From the sequence record OV032902.1: a stretch of DNA of 64,000 nucleotides, one strand, 5' to 3'. A program made the translations under genes and the position numbers. A model generated the notes under the pieces. That model ran no database searches, was not told where the DNA came from, and worked only from the letters and a program-made list of their open reading frames with translations. Below, in pieces: positions 38,956-45,733 of the stretch (its first letter is position 1; the number at the start of each line of letters is the position of its first letter).

Positions 38956-39450
38956 TTACACCTTAGGAATACGTTGTGTGATTTTGAATTTCGAAATATC
39001 GAAAGCGGTATTAGCAGGGATGAGAACTTGTGATACAAGCACTAGAATCTCAGAGCCCTGTTCGTACAGCACAGTAACACCAGCAGGATACTCTAGTGTG
39101 TTGGTGTACATACCGCCGAATGCCGTAAGATCTTGGGCTGGCATCCAGAATAGCTTCCAATAGTTTCGATCTGTAATATCTACAGTCTGACTTGCAGAGA
39201 TGTCCTGAACACAACGAAAGTAGCCTTGTGCGCTGCGTAGTTCATCGCCTACTGCATAAGCCTTAGACTGATCGTAATAATCGTAAGTGTTCACGTTAGG
39301 ATTTACCTCTGGTTCAGCATTGATAGATTCAGCGCCTGTACGCTCTACAAGGAAGTTAGCCGTGTTAATGATAGTTTGGTACAGATCATTAGCAGGGTCT
39401 TCCTTAGTAGACATAGAGACGATTTTACGTAAGGGACGTTCAGTGTTCAT
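38956..39450 (-). CDS. Cassette B gene 6: short paralog of the N-terminus of the 499-aa protein
   Basis: VNPNVNTY...GDELRSAQGYFRCVQDI...NYWKLFW. Confidence 0.75.
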   Translation of the reverse strand: MNTERPLRKIVSMSTKEDPANDLYQTIINTANFLVERTGAESINAEPEVNPNVNTYDYYDQSKAYAVGDELRSAQGYFRCVQDISASQTVDITDRNYWKLFWMPAQDLTAFGGMYTNTLEYPAGVTVLYEQGSEILVLVSQVLIPANTAFDISKFKITQRIPKV

Positions 39451-39459
39451 ACATTCTCC

Positions 39460-40083
39460 TTACTTCAAATCTACAACGTATGAGTTTACGAAACGGCGTC
39501 GCTTAGGTCCCGCAGGAACAACGACAACCGATACTGTTTGCTTGTGTACTTTACCGTACCAGTAAATAGGTGCGACAACAGTAGAAGCTGTTTGCTTATG
39601 TAGACGTGCCTCCGGTGGTGGAGGAGCAATAACAATCGAAATCGTTTGTTTGTGTAGCTTCGCCTTCAAGTTACTTGGAGCAACAACTACCGATACAGTT
39701 TGTTTATGTACGTCTGCCAATGGAGCAGGGAACATAACTACATCAATATAAGCTGACTTAACATTAGGTCCTGGCTGTGGAGCTAGAACAACATCCTGAT
39801 AAGCTGACTTGACAAAAGGACCTAGTTCGGGCTGAAGGACTACGTCTTGATAAGCTGACTTTATATTTGGGCCTGAAATGGGAGCGAAGACAACGTCTTT
39901 ATACAAGCTCTTCGTCGTAACCAGATTTTGTGTGCGCATTACAACAGAAATCTGCTGGTGAGAGACACGAGGACCTGGGTCCGGTTTCATAACAACAGAA
40001 ATCTGCTGATGTGCTACCTTTGGACCCGGTTCTGGTTTTAATACAAGAGAGACCTGTTGATGGCGTACATCAGTTGTACTCAT
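39460..40083 (-). CDS. Cassette B gene 5: 11-repeat beta-strand 'scaffold' protein
   Basis: 3x HQQ(V/I)S.V, 4x KS(A/L)Y.DVV, 4x HKQT.S.V; C-terminal RRF..Y.V.L as in cassette A. Confidence 0.75.
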   Translation of the reverse strand: MSTTDVRHQQVSLVLKPEPGPKVAHQQISVVMKPDPGPRVSHQQISVVMRTQNLVTTKSLYKDVVFAPISGPNIKSAYQDVVLQPELGPFVKSAYQDVVLAPQPGPNVKSAYIDVVMFPAPLADVHKQTVSVVVAPSNLKAKLHKQTISIVIAPPPPEARLHKQTASTVVAPIYWYGKVHKQTVSVVVVPAGPKRRRFVNSYVVDLK

Positions 40084-40093
40084 GGTCTACTCC

Positions 40094-41416
40094 TTATGAG
40101 ATTGGACGGATAATCGCCTTAACGGTTGTATTCTCGGCAGCCACAAAATCATCACGGCAGCCGTCAGGGACTACGCCTTCGTATCTGGTAGAGCCATCAT
40201 ACTCTAGAGTAAATTCATACCCTTTTCCGTTAACAAGTACCGACACTAAAATCTTAGACTCGCCAGTGCTGATGAGTCCATTGCTACCGCCAGTGAACGA
40301 AATATTGAATTCGGAAGGACTTCCTGACTTAGAAAAGAAACGATTAATAGTTTCTCCTGTCATTGCCTTGGTTGTAGAACCAAAGATGACCGTAGTGGCC
40401 ATTCCGTATTCGTTGGATGCTGACTTACCGACTGTGATTTCAAAATCCGACTCTAATGCCTGAACACCGAATTGCATGTTATCGAAATCGGTGTTTGTCC
40501 ATACTTGTCCCGTAAGCGGATTAGTATGCATGATAGTTGTCAAAGAACCAGCGTGACTGTCCGGCCCCTGTCCGATAGGAGTTGCGCACTCTTTAGGCGA
40601 GCCGCTGTCATTAACTATATTAGCCAAGAACGGAGCTGTAGACGATGACGTCGCAGACGCTACCGTGCCAATGATAACAGCCTCTGGAACAAGACCTGCG
40701 GCCTTAGCAGAAGTAGGAATATTCTCATAGTCATACGTTTGTGAGCTGGCACCAGTTGCAGATGCGAATGTAATCGGGTCTAGCTGATCGCCAGAAATAT
40801 CCGCATAGCTGCCACTAAAGCCAGTCAGTGCACCATCACTTTCTGCGTCTACTGTTAGCAGGCGCATTCCTCGTGTATCCGAATCAGAAACAATAATCTC
40901 TGTCATTCGATTACCATTTAATGCACGAGCAGCAAAACCATGTAAGGTATTTACAGGATGCGATGTACCCATCCAACCGGCAGTGTCTTCTCCATCGATT
41001 ACACCGTCACGGTAAATTCTAACGGTATTGCCGGTAATCTGAATGTCCCAGTCATGCGGGTCATTTGAACCAACGGCACCCGCTGTAGGAGTAATCGTGG
41101 AAACCAGTGACGCTCCCTGATAAACCTTGAATAGTCCATCAGAGCCATCAATCAAAACGGCAGCAATGTCTGCATTATTGGTACTCTTGAAACGGGCAGC
41201 TACATCTCGACTGCCTGCTCGAAAGTGAATCCAGATAGAACCCGTAGTGGTTTCCTCAAATGGTGCGAAATCAGCAAAGTTGTTATCAATCGACCAAGAT
41301 TGAAAATCGCCGGAGTTAGATGTCGCCGAGGTACTCGTACGTTGGTTACCAGCCTGCAAAGAGTTAGCTAGAGGAACATGCATCGTTGCGATGTTTATTA
41401 CGTGTAAAATAGCCAT
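40094..41416 (-). CDS. Cassette B gene 4: 440-aa putative adhesin paralog
   Basis: TEIIVSDSDTRGMRL...NPLTGQVW core. Confidence 0.65.
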   Translation of the reverse strand: MAILHVINIATMHVPLANSLQAGNQRTSTSATSNSGDFQSWSIDNNFADFAPFEETTTGSIWIHFRAGSRDVAARFKSTNNADIAAVLIDGSDGLFKVYQGASLVSTITPTAGAVGSNDPHDWDIQITGNTVRIYRDGVIDGEDTAGWMGTSHPVNTLHGFAARALNGNRMTEIIVSDSDTRGMRLLTVDAESDGALTGFSGSYADISGDQLDPITFASATGASSQTYDYENIPTSAKAAGLVPEAVIIGTVASATSSSTAPFLANIVNDSGSPKECATPIGQGPDSHAGSLTTIMHTNPLTGQVWTNTDFDNMQFGVQALESDFEITVGKSASNEYGMATTVIFGSTTKAMTGETINRFFSKSGSPSEFNISFTGGSNGLISTGESKILVSVLVNGKGYEFTLEYDGSTRYEGVVPDGCRDDFVAAENTTVKAIIRPIS

Positions 41417-41427
41417 GGTCTAACTCC

Positions 41428-42759
41428 TTATGCATTACCGATGATCGTGAAGTATAACTTCTTACCTACGTCTTTCTCAATAGATTCAGAAATACGAAGC
41501 GCGAGGTCACTGCCGAAAAGTCGGAAGTAGTTACCAGTTTCATGAGGAATCTCTAAAATTCCACCTGGTCCGTCTTCTACCGCAATTTTAAGCGTCACCG
41601 AACTAAAGCCGTTGTCGCCACCACCGTCAAACTCTAGGAACATGTCGCCATTCTGTTTAAATGCTAACGCATAGAGCGCAGCATGAGCGCCACCATGTGT
41701 CATGTCACCAGAAATAATAGTAGAGTTAAGTTTACCGTAGCCGAATTGAACTGGGCTACCGCCAAGGTTATCGGTGTCCGTTACAACAGTCATTGCAACA
41801 TTGCGAATACGCAGACTAGATGTATCGATCAGAGCAGATGACCATTGACCACCAGTAAGAGGAGCCACAGCATCAATGTTCTGGTTTAGGTTTGCATCCG
41901 TTTCTGTCGACAGTACACGGTAACCGATAAGATGCTCATCTGTACCGTCAAACAGAGAGTACTCCAAGACAGGAGAGTCAGGTGTACCTACGATGTCTGC
42001 AACAGAACCCACGTTAACTCCAACAACCTTCATGCCAGAAAGCTGAACGTTAGAGAAGTTAAGGTCAAGTACTGAGCCAGCAGCAGGAGATGACATAGCA
42101 GCTTCAGTAAGCGATGTAGTTTGAATATCAGAAAGAGAACCACTGAAATCATTCTGTGCGCCGATAGAAGCGGGCTTGGTGGATTGAACGCGCCAGCCGC
42201 GAGTATCTGTATCCGAGAAACAGATTTCAGACAAATAGGCACTGGAACTTGCCAGATTAAACGTCATGTATGATAACTGACGAGATCCCATATAGCCGTT
42301 CGAACCACCAAAGGCACGTGCGCCGTTTATATAAACGTCAAACTTGTTTTCCGCTCCATTCCAATGAATATCGACGTCATTGAAATCGTTCTGACTCATA
42401 CTAGGACTCAGACCACCGGTTGAAGGAGTAGACGATGAATTGTTTGCACCAAAAGCATTAGCAGACAGTTTAAAGTTAGTGTAACCAGCATCAGAGCCGC
42501 CTGCCTCATAATGGACCTTCATGGTAAGGTTACCAGAACTAGGTCTTAGACGGAAATGCATCCAAAGATTTTCAGTGGACAATGTAACCGGTAGACGGAA
42601 GAAGGTATCCGAATCTGTCCATTGGCTAAATGCCCAGTCAGTAACAGTATCCAGGGCAGTAGCGTCAACAACGCCAGCGGTACGCTCATCTTCTGACGTG
42701 TATTCTTTACCTGACTGAACAGAAGCGTTGCCTGGGTTGAGAGTATGAATAATAGTCAT
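41428..42759 (-). CDS. Cassette B gene 3: 443-aa putative adhesin paralog
   Basis: SEICFSDTDTRGWRV...APLTGGQW core. Confidence 0.65.
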   Translation of the reverse strand: MTIIHTLNPGNASVQSGKEYTSEDERTAGVVDATALDTVTDWAFSQWTDSDTFFRLPVTLSTENLWMHFRLRPSSGNLTMKVHYEAGGSDAGYTNFKLSANAFGANNSSSTPSTGGLSPSMSQNDFNDVDIHWNGAENKFDVYINGARAFGGSNGYMGSRQLSYMTFNLASSSAYLSEICFSDTDTRGWRVQSTKPASIGAQNDFSGSLSDIQTTSLTEAAMSSPAAGSVLDLNFSNVQLSGMKVVGVNVGSVADIVGTPDSPVLEYSLFDGTDEHLIGYRVLSTETDANLNQNIDAVAPLTGGQWSSALIDTSSLRIRNVAMTVVTDTDNLGGSPVQFGYGKLNSTIISGDMTHGGAHAALYALAFKQNGDMFLEFDGGGDNGFSSVTLKIAVEDGPGGILEIPHETGNYFRLFGSDLALRISESIEKDVGKKLYFTIIGNA

Positions 42760-42769
42760 TTTCTTATCC

Positions 42770-44125
42770 TTATACTGTTACGTAAATCTTAACTAGTTTA
42801 CCTAGCTGGCCTTGCAGCCAAGTAGTAATCGCAGGGTCTGTTACACTGTAATCGATTGTAGCGAACGTCACGGTAGCCGATGCTTCCGTACCGTCTTCAC
42901 TCACAAGACGAACAGTAACAGTATTGGCATTATCGAACTTAGTATCGGTATCGAAGCGAATAGTGAAAACGTTACTTGCAGTAATGGCATTACAGCGAAT
43001 CAAAGCATTACCCGCAGTCTTGTCGGTTGAGATAGAAGTAAACTCACCAGCAAAGCCATCAGCATAGCCAAAGTAAGTTCCGCTATCTGCAACAATCATT
43101 CGACCAACCGGCGGAGCACTGTAAGAGAAACCAGCTTCTAGAGCATTGATTTCAGCAATTGTCCATGCTGCACCAGTAGCAGGGTTTATTTCCATGATGT
43201 CTTTCTGATGCAAAGCATCTGAAGCCGTATCAATGATTGAACCTTTGCCTTTGTATTCAGTACCACCTATCTTGATAACGTTCTCACCGAAGTTATCTTC
43301 AAATAGTTCATCTGCCGAGGCAATAGTGTTGATAGACACGGCACGTACTTCCATGTCAGTCAGGTCTACACCTGCTTTAATGTCTTCGTACGTAAATGTT
43401 TGACTACCAGCGGCGTCAGTAGACATACCTGCCTCAGTTAGCGTGATTGATTGAACATCACTTAGGTTGCCTGTAAGGTCAGTACTTGTACCTAGTGCTT
43501 CTGGTGGAAGTTCGATGAGACGCATACCTAGAGTAGGGATACCCTGTGTAATGATTACTTCGGCAGCACCTGAGCTTACATTAGACGAGTCATTATACCA
43601 CCATTTAAAATCGGAAGCATCCAGAGTCGCTATGCTAGAGTTAGTGCCTTCGCCTACTTTATTTTCGTTAACAAAAGCAGCCCATGCACCAGAAGTAATA
43701 TTGATCTTCACGTCTATGGAACAACGCTGGTTAGTAGGGATAACCGTTTCGCCATAGATTTCAACCGAAGAACCTTTTTCGACATAGATGCCTAGGTTAC
43801 TGGAAGAAGTACCAAAGATCATAAAGTGCGCGCGATTAGAACCTTTTCTTTCGCCTTCAGGGAAGAAGTCGATTTGACAAGCACTAAAGCCTTCGTTCAT
43901 ACGGAAATGAAACCACAGATCATCTGTTTCGTTTTCGAAATCTTCCAGAACACGATAGTTGTAATGCATGTTGTGATCTATGCCGCGCTGATAGTCTGGG
44001 TGACGGTGGCCGTTAGACGTAGACGTCGTTGTACGTTTATCTGTGTTAGTAAAAACGTCATTAGGACCTAAGTCTTTACGGAAGTTAGAGTCACACTCGT
44101 TTTGGATGTATAGGAATTTTGCCAT
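42770..44125 (-). CDS. Cassette B gene 2: 451-aa putative adhesin paralog
   Basis: MAKFLYIQN; PTLGMRL...NPATGAAW core. Confidence 0.65.
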   Translation of the reverse strand: MAKFLYIQNECDSNFRKDLGPNDVFTNTDKRTTTSTSNGHRHPDYQRGIDHNMHYNYRVLEDFENETDDLWFHFRMNEGFSACQIDFFPEGERKGSNRAHFMIFGTSSSNLGIYVEKGSSVEIYGETVIPTNQRCSIDVKINITSGAWAAFVNENKVGEGTNSSIATLDASDFKWWYNDSSNVSSGAAEVIITQGIPTLGMRLIELPPEALGTSTDLTGNLSDVQSITLTEAGMSTDAAGSQTFTYEDIKAGVDLTDMEVRAVSINTIASADELFEDNFGENVIKIGGTEYKGKGSIIDTASDALHQKDIMEINPATGAAWTIAEINALEAGFSYSAPPVGRMIVADSGTYFGYADGFAGEFTSISTDKTAGNALIRCNAITASNVFTIRFDTDTKFDNANTVTVRLVSEDGTEASATVTFATIDYSVTDPAITTWLQGQLGKLVKIYVTV

Positions 44126-44135
44126 GATAAAAACC

Positions 44136-45635
44136 TTATATTACCTGACCTTCGATGGTTACAGAAATGTTAGCAAGAGTAGTATCAGCTGTACCATCTT
44201 GAGTTAACACTAAAGTATCACCGGTAGTGAATGTAGAGTCCGCAGCGAATACAACTGTAGCTGTTGTTGCTCCGGCAGCAAAGTTCAAACGTCCTACCGC
44301 AGTAGAACCATTAGAGATGATTAAAGATGTAGCATTCGTAGAGGCTACTTGAGCTACTGCACTAATACCTGCGCCACCAGCAGCAATTGTAAAGTCACGA
44401 ACAGGAACCTCAATAAAGAGTACCTCGTCGTCTGCGATGGTGTCCATGATAACGGCTTTGGTTACATGAAGAGCAGGCTTAACAAACGTTTGATTAGAAT
44501 CCCACTTGCTTAGATCAATAGGTCCAGCAGGGATTGTTTCTTTAGCGGTCAGTACTTGTAGGTTACCTGAGCCGTCATCATAGAGGACAACGTCACCTTC
44601 GCCATAAGTATTAGCGGCACTAAAGTCACCTCGGAATTCACCACCTTTAAGGATGGTAGTTTTAACCGTCCACTCACCAGCTTGGAATGGACCAGCAGTA
44701 ATTAAAGCATTCGCTTCCAGGATGTCGATTTCACCGTCAGCGTTTTCATTGGTAACGATATCAAACGGGTCATAGTTAGTCACCGTTGAGAAGGCACCTT
44801 TAAACTTACCGCCTACTTTGAAGATAGCCTTTAGCGACCACTGAGCTGAATTGAAAGCACCAGTAGGAACATCTGCGTCTGCTTCATATAGGTTATGATA
44901 ACCCACCAAGTCAACGTAAATGACCAAGTCACCTTTCTTATATGCAACGGCCGTATCGAACGTACCTTTATAAGTAGGCTGGTAGACAGTAGTAAGGATT
45001 GTCCATGCCGCTGGATTGAATGTACCCGCTAACTGACTTGTGTTAGCTTGATAAACGATGTTCTCAATGTAAACGATATCTTCTTCATCATAATCAGAAG
45101 TTTCGCTGAACATACCTTTCCATGCAGCTGAACCACCTGTCGACATAACTTCATGCAAAACAGTAAAGTTGTTTTCGTCGTAAGGTGTATCTGCGTCGAT
45201 TGGACCAATAGCCTTAATAATAAGAATACGGTCTGGCTCAACTTTGTATAGTACCTCACCTTGAACAATGGCTTGAGTCTCGTCAAACTCTCCGCCGAAT
45301 ACATCACCTACTGACGAAGGTAGGTAAAATAAGTCCCAGTGATTTTTATCAGTCAAAGGGATATTGTTGTTGGCTGGCATATCTTCCGTACAGCGAAAGA
45401 AACCAAAAGGAGTTCTGATTTCTGAACCTACTAAATACGGGAAGTTCGGATTGTAGACTGTGTCGACTACGACAGCAGGGGGTGCATCAGGAACCAGACT
45501 TGGGTCTAGTTCGGCACCAGTAATATCAATCAGCCCGTTAAGTACCTCAGCCAGATCTTTACCGTTCGGGTTACGAGGGTCGTATCTGTCTGGATAAGTA
45601 ATGAGCTTCTTTATCTCATGAGAGGTTGTACGCAT
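44136..45635 (-). CDS. Cassette B gene 1: 499-aa fibre-like protein with Trp-capped repeats
   Basis: GGAG RBS before MRTTSHEIKK at 45635; colinear paralog of 36706..38208. Confidence 0.7.
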   Translation of the reverse strand: MRTTSHEIKKLITYPDRYDPRNPNGKDLAEVLNGLIDITGAELDPSLVPDAPPAVVVDTVYNPNFPYLVGSEIRTPFGFFRCTEDMPANNNIPLTDKNHWDLFYLPSSVGDVFGGEFDETQAIVQGEVLYKVEPDRILIIKAIGPIDADTPYDENNFTVLHEVMSTGGSAAWKGMFSETSDYDEEDIVYIENIVYQANTSQLAGTFNPAAWTILTTVYQPTYKGTFDTAVAYKKGDLVIYVDLVGYHNLYEADADVPTGAFNSAQWSLKAIFKVGGKFKGAFSTVTNYDPFDIVTNENADGEIDILEANALITAGPFQAGEWTVKTTILKGGEFRGDFSAANTYGEGDVVLYDDGSGNLQVLTAKETIPAGPIDLSKWDSNQTFVKPALHVTKAVIMDTIADDEVLFIEVPVRDFTIAAGGAGISAVAQVASTNATSLIISNGSTAVGRLNFAAGATTATVVFAADSTFTTGDTLVLTQDGTADTTLANISVTIEGQVI

Positions 45636-45664
45636 GTTATGAGCTCCGTCGTACATTAATCTTA

Positions 45665-45681
45665 GTGGTCTTTGCCACATA
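45665..45681 (-). promoter_or_regulatory. Putative late promoter (TATG) with +1 hairpin, cassette B
   Basis: Minus strand TTAATTT-TATG, then G(+1)TGG-CAAAGA-CCAC. Confidence 0.55.
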
Positions 45682-45682
45682 A

Positions 45683-45727
45683 AATTAAACCGAAAAATAA
45701 ACTCCCCCTGCCCGAAGGCAGGAGGAG
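45683..45727 (-). terminator. Intrinsic terminator ending the tailspike unit
   Basis: Minus strand CTCCTCCTGCC-TTCG-GGCAGGGGGAG followed by TTTATTTTT. Confidence 0.85.
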
Positions 45728-45733
45728 GATATA

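Larger units (their letters stand above)
31091..45727 (-). repeat. Tandem duplication of a 7-gene late cassette (A 31091-38257, B 38309-45681)
   Basis: Same gene order, similar sizes and pairwise protein similarity; each copy has its own TATG site and terminator. Confidence 0.85.

Noticed and set aside
44137-44144. + strand TATATTAC (and TATATAAC at 36707-36714) antisense to the late cassettes
   Set aside because: Both are the reverse complement of the final Val-Ile-stop codons of the paralogous genes and lack the preceding TC of the operon-head sites; the coding explanation is sufficient, though antisense starts are not excluded
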